Below are positions 48,946 through 60,364 of a stretch of 64,000 bases of DNA, piece after piece. This stretch comes from Camelus dromedarius (Eukaryota), in contig NC_087437.1 of NCBI RefSeq assembly GCF_036321535.1, positions 9,114,001-9,178,000 on the forward strand. The letters run 5' to 3'. Made by a program: the position numbers and the translations under genes. Each line of letters opens with the position of its first letter. Within the stretch, counting starts at the first letter, position 1. The notes beneath the pieces were generated by a model that saw only the letters and a program-made list of their open reading frames with translations, searched no databases and had not been told where the DNA came from.

Positions 48946-50284
48946 ATCCTCACATAGGCCCTTCGTGAACTTGCAGGACACAGAGAAGTACGGGGCTGAA
49001 CTGGTCTTCCATTCATTTGTAGAAAGTTTAAAGAAGGCACAGTAGCAGAATTGTGAAAGGAGTCTCCATCTGTATTTTCAATCAAATTGAAGTCTTATCA
49101 TACCACCTTAGAAGATGGCAAATAGGAGTGGCAGGTAATCTTTCGGTCTAGATAATAATTAGGCCATGAACATTGACCGCAGCTGACTGGCTTAAGTATT
49201 TTTCACCTGAAACATGAAATGACAGACCTCTTGATGAAACAAGTCTTTACAAATCCTCTCCCTCAACGCACAGACACGTACTAGACGTGGGCTTCTTGAA
49301 GGCACCTTCTGGGCTTTGCTCAAATTGGTATTCTCTGTGCCTAATAACAGACGATCAGTGAAGATTAGCTGAAGTATTAGAGATTAATAAAGATCAACAA
49401 ACAAATATCTGTAAAGAGAGTTGTGAGCTCAGACTCTGGAATGGTCTGACTTCGCCTCCATCAGCTGTGTAATTTAGATTTATTTGTGCCTCAATGTCCT
49501 CAGCTGTGGAAAAAGAAAATTATCTGCTCTATTGAAGTGTGATGCATTTTTTTTTGTCTTAAGGATTATTTCTGGCACTCCCATGTGCTCGGTAAATTTT
49601 AGCCAACCTTCTCTTTATCCATCTCAACATTGCCTTTTTGTTTGGGCAAACATTCAAAAATTTCTAAACATTTTAAAATTTAGTTAAGTGCATCCTTTGA
49701 TAGTTGTCTTTTCTATACATTAAAACTTAGTGAGGGACAGAGTGACCTCTGTGCAGGGACAGAAAAGCTGGAAAGAGCTTAGTGAAAATGATCAAATGTT
49801 ACCACTTCAAGTCATTACCAGAAAAAATCTGCCCAAGACAGTAATAAGTCCTAACTCTAAAATATTTCAAAGTTTTTTTTTCAGTTATGTAGAGAAAAAT
49901 CATCAAAGTCAGCTAAGCAAAGCATTACTTAGGAGGATATCTGGGGTGAATTTCTTTAAAGAAAAAAACAAAACACATCAAAACACATCTTTTATAATAT
50001 CTGTGTCCATAACATTCAAGTAAAAGATTTCCTGATCTCTTGAAAAGATTATGTTCTCTTAAGGTGTTTAAAGCATTCTTAGACTGTTCTGTGAATCATG
50101 CTAGCAAGCTAAGGAGAACCACTTCTCCTAAACTGTGAAAAAAAAAAAAAAAAAGCAAAGCAGAAGTGCCCCCTTCATATCCTATGTTCCAAGGCTACGC
50201 ATATAAATCAATTAACTGCAACTTTTAGCGGTTACACATTAGTGAAAAAAAAGAGGGAAAGCAAATGAAATACAATTGTGAGCT

Positions 50285-50475
50285 ACAGCTGTGGTTTTAC
50301 TAATAATCAGGCAACAATATTTCATCCTCACAAGGTGTCACATGGCCTCTTAACTCCATTAGGGGAAGAGAGACAGACAGACAGACAGAGAGAAGCCCAA
50401 AGAGGACAAGTGACTTGTCCAGGTTCACACAGAAAAGTTCTCTGCAGATCTGAGGTAGAAATTTAGTCTGATCAC
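50285..50475 (-). mobile_element. MIR
   Basis: atttcatcctcacaaggtgtc...gagaagcccaaagaggacaagtgacttgtccaggttcacacag...gaaatttagtctg. Confidence 0.7.
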
Positions 50476-51529
50476 TTCTGGTCCATTCTAGTCCATTCCA
50501 TTGGACCTTAACAAGAGCAGTGTTTGATGGAAGCTGTATTCCCAACACTTACGATTAAGAATGCATTTTTCAGGATTAAGAGAAGACCATGTTTTGAAGC
50601 TGGTTGGCTTCCCATGAGCAGACCATAGTGCATAACCTTGAACTCAGTGCTCCCTCCCTTATTTTATGTCCATTATGCATTTCTAATGGAGTGGGGGGAA
50701 ACACCTAGAATTACAATTGAAATGCAAAGGACACATTTCCTTATGCTGCAGCTTGGTTTATTTCTGGTCAAAATTGGCATTCAAACTTAGTGAAACACAG
50801 CCCAACCTCAAGGGCGTTTTCCCAGTATCTGGCTTTAAGAAGAAAGAGAAGTCTTTTAAAGTCATGTTGATGGGGTGGGGGTGGGCGCAGGCAGCACCAG
50901 AGGACTTGAATAAACTGTAGAAAGGTGGTCTGCTCTCCACCTGCACCTGAACTGGGAACTCCAGATAGTGTCAATGATAGAGACCACTCCCTAAGAAAAC
51001 ATTCCATTGGTCTATATGCTAAACAATTGCGGTGGTGACAGTTGAGATTCAGCCTAAATTAAATTAGCACATCATCGGCCACATGGAAATTTTTTTACTT
51101 TTTCCAAACACTAGAGCTCCCCAGGCCCTGGATATGTAATAAATCAGAATCCCTGCACTTAGGAAATATATTCCTCTCTCTATATATAAACACATATTTC
51201 TATTTAAATATGTTTAAATAAATACAAATGTATTTCTATATGAATATATGGGTATAGTTTTACATTCATGTGAAATATATGAATATCTGTATTTTTATAG
51301 CTCCAAGGGCAACCCTGACACACAAACCAGAGATGACCATATAATTGGGAGTATGAAAAATGCTGACCTGATGTGATATAAACAAATAAGCAATTTCTTC
51401 CTTGTGTGTTAATCAGATGTTTCTGTTGAGAATTTGGGAAAGATATTCACATTCTTGATAAATGAACTCGTCTTAAGTGGTATGGTTTGTTTTTTGGTCA
51501 AAATTGGGTTTTTCTGTCAAACTGTCAAA

Positions 51530-51745
51530 ACTGCTATATATAAAATAGGTAAACAACAAGGACCTACTGTACAGCACAGGGAACTGTGTTTCTTGTAATA
51601 ACCCATAATGGAAAAGAATCTAAAAATACATGTAATTGTGTATGTATGTGTATGTATAAGTGAATCACTTTGCTGTATACCTGAAACTAACACTGTAAAT
51701 CAACTACACATCAATAAAAAATTTTAAAAAATTAAAAGAAAAACA
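51530..51745 (+). mobile_element. Young L1 3' end
   Basis: ctgctatatataaaataggtaaacaacaaggacctactgtacagcacagggaac...aaatcaactacacatcaataaaaaa. Confidence 0.85.
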
Positions 51746-51782
51746 ATGTGTATCTCTGTTACTATGAGGAATGATCAAGAAT

Positions 51783-52220
51783 ACAATGGAATACTACTCA
51801 GCCATAAAAAAGACTAAAATAATGCAATTTGCAGTAACATGGAGGGACCTAGAGATTATCATTCTAAGTGAAGTAAGCCAGAAAGAGAAAGAAAAATACC
51901 ATATGATATCACTCATATGTGGAATCTAAAAAAAAAAGAAAGAAAGAAAAAAAGGACAATATGAACTCATCTACAAAACAGAAACAGACTCACGGACATA
52001 GTAAAAAATCATGGTTATTGGGGAAAGGGGGTGAGAAGGGATAAATTTGGAAGTTTGAGATTTACAAATGTTAACCACTATATAGAAAAATAGAATTAAA
52101 AAGTTTCTGCTGTATAGCACAGGGAACTATATTCAACATCTTGTAATAACCTTTCCTAAAAAATATGAAAATGAATATATATATATTCATTTTGCATATA
52201 TATATATATGCATATATATA

Positions 52221-52255
<35 letters not shown>

Positions 52256-52311
52256 CTGGGACATTGTGCTGACACAAGAAACAAACACATTGTAATTTCA
52301 ATTAAAAAAAA
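51783..52311 (+). mobile_element. Young L1 3' end (~530 bp) containing an (AT)n tract
   Basis: acaatggaatactactcagccataaaaaagac...gagattatcattctaagtgaagtaagccagaaagagaaag...; TSD aagaat at 51777-51782 and 52312-52317. Confidence 0.9.
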
Positions 52312-53019
52312 AAGAATTCTTGAGAAATAAATGGACTTCCAATGATATCCATGGTCTCCCAATTATCTTGCATCCAGGAAGAATGTATTTGCAGGAGTAA
52401 ACACGGGTAAAATCTGAATGGTTTTACCAAAACAGATTCTGACATGGGGCCAGATGCTTTTCTGTGTGTCTCAGCCCCTGAACTCCTGACCTCTCCCTGA
52501 CCACAGCTCATGCTGCCTGCAGGAGGAAGACATGTGCACAAGGAATTGTTCTCCATCTGCAATTACTCCCTTAGAGTCTTGAAGTCAATACTTAAATATT
52601 ACGAGTGCAGCCCAATGATTGGTCAATGCCTCCATCAACACACAGCTGCACTATTAACTCAGGGTATGATTCACAAATGATTCTTTTTCTGTTGTAATTG
52701 CTAAGAGAGTCCTGGCAATGAACCCAGTCTTTCAGAGAAGAGCTGATCTTGGGCCAAAGGGCTGGATAGAATCTCAGGCAGGCTATAAATATACATATAT
52801 ATATATATATAATCTATATCTATACAAATTAATATGGGTTATGGACCTACACTCTACATATCTATGTCGATTGGTTTAGATACAGGTATATATCATCTTT
52901 ATGTATAGATAGAGATAAAAATATAGATATTGAGGGGGAGCAGGTAGACAGAATCAAAATATATCAGGAGAACATTCATCTAGGCTTATCGGTATTGTCT
53001 GTTATGCTGTATTAAAATT

Positions 53020-53215
53020 CAGTGTTTAAGTTAGAGAAACCTGGGTTTAAATAATGGCTCTGTCACCTAATTGGTCATGTGTCATCTCGGAGACTCAATC
53101 AAAAAAGAAGAAAAATATATTTAGATTTGTCAGAAGGAGTAAATAAAGTATTACGTGTAGCGATCATAACCTGAGTGGCTGCCTATAATAAGCACTTTCT
53201 TAAATTTAATTGTCT
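53020..53215 (+). mobile_element. MIR
   Basis: agagaaacctgggtttaaataatggctctgtcacctaattggtcatgtgtc...aaataaagtattacgtgtagcgatcataacctgagtggctgcctataataagcact. Confidence 0.6.
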
Positions 53216-53680
53216 GAGTCAAACAGACTTAGCCTGAACAACATTATTTGCCATGAAACCATGATAGGGAGGTTTTAACCAAAAGTACATGGAGTCATGC
53301 CACCAAATTTTGCAACGATATTACCGGTACAACTTGAGAAAACTTCATTTAGAAGTAACACAGCAATCCAGAAACCATGTACACGCAAAGCTTATAATTT
53401 AGAATATTTGACTGTCTCTCCTAATGTTTAATAAAACACAAACACACATCCATACACACAGACACATACACAGCACGGCACCAGAGCCCTGGAAACCCTG
53501 CCTGGCCCCCATATAAATGACACTTTGCTTGTCATTTTCACTTTCTAATGGTTAATGAATTCCATGTAATAACTGCCAGTTTCCCGCCGCCCCTCTGTCC
53601 CCTGCTGCAAAAAAGCTAATCTATTCAGAGGCAGATAATTGCAGAGCTGTTGAGACAGAAAAGAAATCGCTGCATCTCAC

Positions 53681-53911
53681 CACTGTTGTGAGCCTCCAGC
53701 TGAGACGCGGAGTTGACGGCGACCTTGCATAGCGAACAGTAGAGGAGCCGTTTCGCCTTTTCTTCCTCGGTCTCCGCGGAAGGACACGAGTTATTGCCAG
53801 GGGCTGTCGTGGGGCTTTTCTCCACTTTGGAGGTGATCTCAGTTGTCATAACACTGCTTTTGCGAACTTCCACAGTTGTCGTCGATATTGCTGGTGTCCC
53901 TGTGGTGCTGT
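53681..53911 (-). CDS. ZNF385D: ZNF385D internal coding exon (exon 5 by human numbering), 231 nt, phase 1/1; S/T-rich linker and most of the second matrin-type zinc finger
   Basis: Translates (D)STTGTPAISTTTVEVRKSSVMTTEITSKVEKSPTTAPGNNSCPSAETEEEKAKRLLYCSLCKVAVNSASQLEAHNS(G), matching ZNF385D as I recall it. Acceptor: pyrimidine tract + ttttgaacgcag| at 53912. Donor: AGTG|gtgaga at 53680. Confidence 0.97.
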
Positions 53912-54579
53912 CTGCGTTCAAAATAGCACAGAAGAAAAAGGAAAAAACAAAAAACAAAAAACAAAAAACAGTGGTATTAGCCTTCCCTATTTGGACACGG
54001 GTCACTAATATACTCTCTGCTAATAACAATAAACACACCGAGCAATCGACGCTTGTCAACTATACGTCAATCATCTCCCGAGGAACGGAGGTATGGCTGT
54101 AGATGACCACATGCAGTTTTTATAGTGATATAAAACATTCAGGCAATTCTTAAGATAGATAACAAACATGCTAATTTTTCCAGGGAGTAAATAAACATAT
54201 TCACAAATTTCTCTTGTTAACATACGGCCTTAGTAAAATAATCTTTACAGCGTATTGAGCTTTGTATATTTCCACAAGGATGGCTTTTAAAGAAATAAAA
54301 TGGCGGGTTAATGCTTTTAAGATATTTTCTTTTTTTTTTCATTACCACTTGTCTTTTTATTTTCCTTCTACATCTCCTTCCTTAACTACTAAAAAAAAAC
54401 AAAAAACAAAAAACAAAAAACTGATCCTGCTGTGTGTGCTTGTGCAAAATACAGAAAATGAACCCTAATAAGACATTACTTTGTTCAGATAAAAAAAATC
54501 ACTGCCTTATCTGCAAAGAGCTCTATCTTCAACAAGTACAATAATCATAGATATACAAATAAGAGGAATTCTAATCTGG

Positions 54580-54735
54580 CATATTTATTAAACGCATGTT
54601 CTGCACCAGGTTATGTTCAGGAAGTTCGTGACACAAAAGTATCAAACATCAATGGCCACTCTTTATAAGGAATTCACAGACTGGTCACACCATGTTAATG
54701 TCACAGCTTTTCAGAGTGTGATGACGAGGAAAGTG
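54580..54735 (-). mobile_element. L2 3' tail
   Basis: catatttattaaacgcatgttctgcaccaggttatgttcagg...ccactctttataaggaattcacagactgg. Confidence 0.6.
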
Positions 54736-56784
54736 TGGATGCACTGTAACTGTACAACCTTCTGGCTCTGAAACCTGATTCTAAATCTAGAGAGGTCAGC
54801 CTCCAAAGTGAAACCAGCTTGTCCTTACTTCACTTGGGTATACACAGCTCCCGTCCCAAATGTGCTACTTAACACAATGTTAGCACCGTTTGCCATATCC
54901 AAAAATGAACTGCCAAGGAGCCTTATGCCCTAACCTTCCTACTCTTAGATTACTTTTTCCTGCCTCCTGGCTATGCTAGTTCTTAAGTTCCTCTTCAGAA
55001 TATTCTCCAGCTGCCTCTCCAGCTACAGCTGCTCTTGAAATTGTGTCTTATTCCATATACTGTGATGGTCACCATCCAATGCCACACTGAAAAGTCCACG
55101 ATGAATAGAGTGGGTGGTGGCTGTTAAGGATGGGAGTCTACCTGCAATGAAGTGTTGTCCTCATAAACGCTTACTTCGTGGTAGTTGATGATCTCAAGAG
55201 TTGACTGCGGTTACAAGATGCCTTTCAGCTTGGATTTCCCCTTTGATCCACAGACAGAGGGGGGGATGTGCATGAGGTGGGTTATGGCTTTTTCCCAAAT
55301 ATGGCATCAGAAACACTAGTCAATCAGAAGAGAAATGAGCTCTTGTTGAGGGCTGTTGTGTAAAACAATTCTTCTGGGTCTTTCCTTTGCCTGACTCTTC
55401 ATATACTTTTAATCACTTATTTTACTGTAAAATCACTAAGTAAATCCCTTTCAGTGGCATGGAGAATATATCCACCAATCATGTTACCTAAAAAAAAATC
55501 ATATTGCTATGACTAGTTTATCTCATGGCTAGAGGAAAATAAATAAAATTACCCTAACATCAAATATTCCCACCAGAACACATTTTAAAAGCTGAAAAGT
55601 CCACCTCCTGATTAGTGTTTACTTGCCTACTAAGGTCCCCATATTAAAATATCAGGTAACAGCCAAAGAGTATTTCTGAGACCTACGGCATAAAACACAA
55701 TGACCAACTTGAGATGGTCCAGTAGGCATTCATTGCTTCTAGCAAACCAGAAATTATTCTTGGAAAGCTTGTGCATGTGTGTCTGTGAATAATTGCCAAT
55801 GGCTAACCTGCACAAATGAAGAAATGTCAGGAGTTAAGGGAATTTCCAAAGGCTGCACAAGTAGTATCCAGTGAGTCAGGAAAAGTGTTTCATGGAATGA
55901 AGAAATCAGGGGTTTGAGGAAAAAATGTTGTGAGTGATGCTCTTGGCCGTGATTGTGAACCTCCACCTTAAGGTCACAAACGGTAGTGGGCTAAAACCAC
56001 TAAACTGTTTTGATGATCAGTTCTGTGGGGAGTGACAACCATAAATACAGGTATACTGAAACTTAGTGTGGTCACAGGCTGGAACCCGAGTGTAATACTG
56101 TGGGCGTTTATTTTCATTTAAATCTAAGGATATCCCTAGTAACACCCTGCTTCCAACAACTTTTCCTTTTGGAAAAGGGTTGACAATATTTATTTTATGG
56201 CTTGATCAGAAAATTATACATGGCATAGGTTATAGTAACCCTCAACCAACTTCTCTATTTGCGGTGAAATTCGTAACAAAAGTATAGAATAAACAAAACC
56301 GTGGCTCATCCAGTCCCTATGACAGCTGCATTAGTGTCTTTCCTAACCCCAGAGGATAATGTACCTTTATACCAAGGACGCCAAAGATTAGAGACTCCAG
56401 ATTCTCTATGCGCAGGGTTTAGTGAAGTATTAACATTTCTTAGAGCAAGCCCCTTGCATGAGACCAGCTTAGGGGAATTAGTATCAAAACGCTTCACTTA
56501 TCTTCCCGGCTTCTTACTTCGCTGCATCTTTTAGACCACACAGCTGAGCAAAGATCTGTTATTTTCTCAAGCTTGAGGCTAATTTGAAAGAAATACAGTT
56601 ATATTTTTCACTTGAAACGTAATATATAGATCTTGGGTCCACAAGGTAGGATTACTATTAATTTATAACAAGACATGAATTTTTCACTTACTTTTCATTT
56701 CTCAGAAGTTAGGGGGACTTTTTTTTTTTAAAGTAAGGTAAATATATTTTAAGATTATGCCACAAAAGAATCAATTCTTTTATT

Positions 56785-57133
56785 CAGTTGGCTTTTGATA
56801 TCTGGGGTTTTGCATCTGTGGATTCAACCAACCGGAGATTACAAATATTTTTTTAAAAACCCCAGAAAGTTCTAAAAAGCAAAACTTGAATTTACTGTGT
56901 GTAGGCAACTATTTACATAGCATTTACATTGTATTTGCAACTATTTATGTAACATTTACATTGTATTAGGTAGTATAAGTTATCGGAGATGATGTTTTTA
57001 AAGTAAATGGGAGGATGTGTATAGATTATATGCAAATACTATGTCGTTTCATATAAGGCACTCGAGCATCCATGGATTTTGGTATCTGTAGGGGTTCTGG
57101 AAACAACTCCCTGTACAGAGTGAGGGATGACTG
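56785..57133 (-). mobile_element. TcMar-Tigger MITE (MER2/Tigger3-like)
   Basis: TIR-like ends cagttggc.../...gagggatgactg; internal gggaggatgtgtatagattatatgcaaatactatg...gagcatccatggattttggtatctgtaggggttctggaa. Confidence 0.85.
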
Positions 57134-57249
57134 CACATTGCATATAAAATTACATACAGCAAAGAGATTTTCTTTAATATGGTACATTAAATAACCAATT
57201 TTACATTATTCTTATCCACTCATTAAAATATAATTTTGAATCATTGATC

Positions 57250-57725
57250 ATGTTAATAGCATATACTCTTGACATTATGTGATGTCAAGAACTACCTCTG
57301 TGATCTTCCTCCCCCAAACTCATAACCCCTGTCTAACCATGAGAAAAGCATACATAAACCTAAATTTAAGGATATTCTACAAAATTCCTGATCAGTAGTC
57401 CTCAAAAATGTCAAGGTCACCAAAACAAGAAAAGTCTGAAAAATTGACAAGTCTAAGGAGATAGAATGACTAAATATAATGTGTTGTCCTAGTTGGGATC
57501 CTGGGGCCAAAACCAAATTAGGTAAAAACTTAGGAAATCTGAATAAAGTATGGACTTCAGCTAATTAGTAAGGCATTAATATCAGTTCATTACCTTTGAC
57601 AAACGCTCTGTAGTGATGAGATGTTGACAATAAGGGAAACTGAGAGCATGCAGAGGACCCCCCCTGCCCCGTGATATTCTTGCACCTTTTCTATAGATTT
57701 AAAGCTATTCTAAAATTAAAAGTTT
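57250..57725 (+). mobile_element. L1MB/L1MC-type 3' end
   Basis: cctcccccaaactcataacccctgtctaaccatgagaaaa...cctcaaaaatgtcaaggtcacc...aaatctgaataaagtatggac...ctattctaaaattaaaagttt. Confidence 0.75.
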
Positions 57726-58348
57726 ATCCAATTTGAGAAAAATCAATTTATAACCAGTCAACATATCATCATTTCAGTTACTTTGCAGAATCATAGAAAG
57801 GATCTTAGTGGTTTCATAGTATAGCTATCTTGGATTTTAGATTGGGAAATTTCAGTAAAACTAGGACTTGACATTGCATCTCCCAATTCTAAATCCTTAC
57901 TGCAATTCCAAATTGTTATTGTAGGTTGCAGTGACTCATGCACTTGAATTTCATCCCATTAACATTCATTGGGCAGTTTGTTTGTGCTAGGTGCTGTGCT
58001 AAGCCACCGGGAATGGAAAAGACAATAGATATCCATCCTGCACAAATAAAACAAACAAACAAACAAAAAATAAATATCCATCCTGTACTGAGTGGTCTGT
58101 GAGACATCCCATGAGGACTTGAAATAATAGTAAACTTAATCCTTCAACAGTTTTGGTCATTGCTATACCCTTGCACTTCTACTTGGTATAAAAAAAGGCA
58201 TTCAATAAATACTGACTGAAAAAAAAACAATAAATGAACAAATGAGTGAATGTATGAACAACGCAATTATAGTTAATGATGGTAGAAGCACTTTTAAAGC
58301 AGTCACAGGTATTAATTCATTCAGTCCTCATAAAAAAAATTAAGAGGG

Positions 58349-58626
58349 AAATTTGGAGTTTGGGATTAACAGATATAAACTACTATATATAAAATAGATA
58401 AACAACAAGGTCCTACGGTATAACAGAGAACTATATTCAATATTTTGTAATAGCCTCTAATGGAAAAGAATCTGAAAAAGAATACATAGTATAGTATGTA
58501 TTAAATATTATATAACAGTACAATATGTATTATAGTATAACTGAACCACTTTGCTGTACACCTGAGACTAACACAACATTGAACAACACTGCAAATCAAC
58601 TATACTTGAATTAAAAACAAAAAAGC
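58349..58626 (+). mobile_element. Young L1 3' end inserted into a MIR
   Basis: aaatttggagtttgggattaacagatataaactactatatataaaatagataaacaacaagg...; TSD taagaggg at 58341-58348 and 58627-58634. Confidence 0.9.
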
Positions 58627-60206
58627 TAAGAGGGGCATATCATTTTTATCCTCATCTTAGAGAAGAAGCTGAGGGATGGAGAGGCTTGGGAACATGCCAA
58701 ATGCCAGAGCCACCAGCTGCAGTGGAATGGTTTGAACTCAGACTCAGTCTGGGTCAGAAGCACATGCTCTTCATTTATTTTTTTATTGTTAAAATTGTGA
58801 TTTTTTTTTTGCATAAAAGGACCAACTACACCCCTTTCCATTAATTCCAATTGGTCATGATGTCTTATGAATGTTTGAAGATAGCATCTTAAAATTTTGA
58901 CTTTAAAAGAAACAAGACATGGCCCTAGTTAAAGTCGATCATGCATGTCCAATCATCCATTTATGTTCAAGTATTAAGTTGCTGGAATACACTTAGGAGG
59001 AAGGGGAAAAAAAAAGGAAAACCAACAGCCCTCAAATAAACCCTTTTGCAAAATGGTAAGAGTCATCCACAGGCCTTCCTTATTGTACCCTATTCTTTTC
59101 TTTTTTCCCCCAAAGATGAGAAACTAGAATAACAATTCACTTTTCCTAATGTTTCCCAGAGGCAAATTCAGATTTCTTTGCACCATTCAACCAATGACCC
59201 TCTAGGAACTGTACATGTGACAGGGAGTGGAAAATCATGGGTGCACTTCAGTGGGAAGAGAGAGGTTTGAGATATTGGGTTTTATATTTCCATGCAATTT
59301 TTATGCCAGCTCCCTGTAGCAAATATTCATTTTTGTAACTGTCACTATTTGGTTTTGGCATCAAAACAGATTGGTAATACTTTGTGGAGTGGGGCTTTAG
59401 AAGAGAATGAAAGGAAACTTGTCAGTATTCAGAGTGGCCCATTTTGACTCTCATTCTTGAGTGCTTTAAAAGTACTGGAAGTACTTTTTTTAAAAAAAAT
59501 TCATAAAGTATAAGAAAAGTTTCCAGAAAATAATCAACAACTTGAATTCTAGATAATAAAACAGAACAGCCAAGTGACATGCTCCGGGTAAGACATTTAT
59601 TCTCCCAGTTACAGACCTCATAACCCAAGCAAGAGAACCAGAGATGAGTTATTTAAGTTTCCTCCCAGGTAAGAGAAATTAATATTACAACCTAGAGATG
59701 CTCATCCCATTTTCCTGTGGACTGAAGACTCAGAATTATATACAATTTATTTCCTTCTTCTTTGTGGGAATTTAAGTCTCAACCAGATGTTCCAGCAAGT
59801 GAACAGAACAGCTGCTTCCTCTTAAATATGCTGACATTCTGAAGTATAAAAAGGTGTTTCATGACAAAAAAAAAAAACACACAAGTTTTTAGAAATTATT
59901 ACTGGTGGTTTCTTTCCTTGGTATTTGATCTAATTTAACCAACATCTATTGAGCACAGAACCACCCTCTTAGACATGGACAGGAATGGCCCCTGCATTGG
60001 GCTGGGGCTCCCACACATCACAAGCCACTGAAACAAAAGTCTATTTTTCTAAGTTTTGATGTCATAAAAACACTTTTTAGAGAGTTCAATAACAAATTGA
60101 GGAAAAAAAAATTGAGGAGATGAGAGTTACAGAAAAGGGAAGTCGAGGACTGAACTGGGTGCCGCAGGGGCTGGAGTGCAGAGCCTGAGCGCTCACAGGT
60201 TCATGT

Positions 60207-60364
60207 GTGCATACATGCTTGTGCCTGTGTGTCCATGTGTGTGCATGCATGCTTATGCCTGTGTGTCCATGTGTGTGCATGCATGCTTATGCCTGTGTGT
60301 CCATGTGTGTGCATGCATGCTTATGCCTGTGTGTCCATGTGTGTGCATGCATGCTTATGTGTGT
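60207..60364. repeat. Minisatellite, 34-bp unit x ~4.6
   Basis: Unit gtgcatgcatgcttatgcctgtgtgtccatgtgt. Copies start at 60207 (2 mismatches), 60241, 60275, 60309 (identical) and 60343 (partial). Confidence 0.95.

Noticed and set aside
52790-52935. Imperfect AT-rich inverted similarity around (TA)n/(TAGA)n
   Set aside because: Explained by low-complexity composition.
53625-54102. ORF-track starts MTSVDCSV..., MRVSHCS... and MLEARNG..., and antisense ORF 53794-54102
   Set aside because: The first two are intronic extensions of real exons and the third is an internal Met; splice sites define the true boundaries. The antisense ORF shadows the exon.
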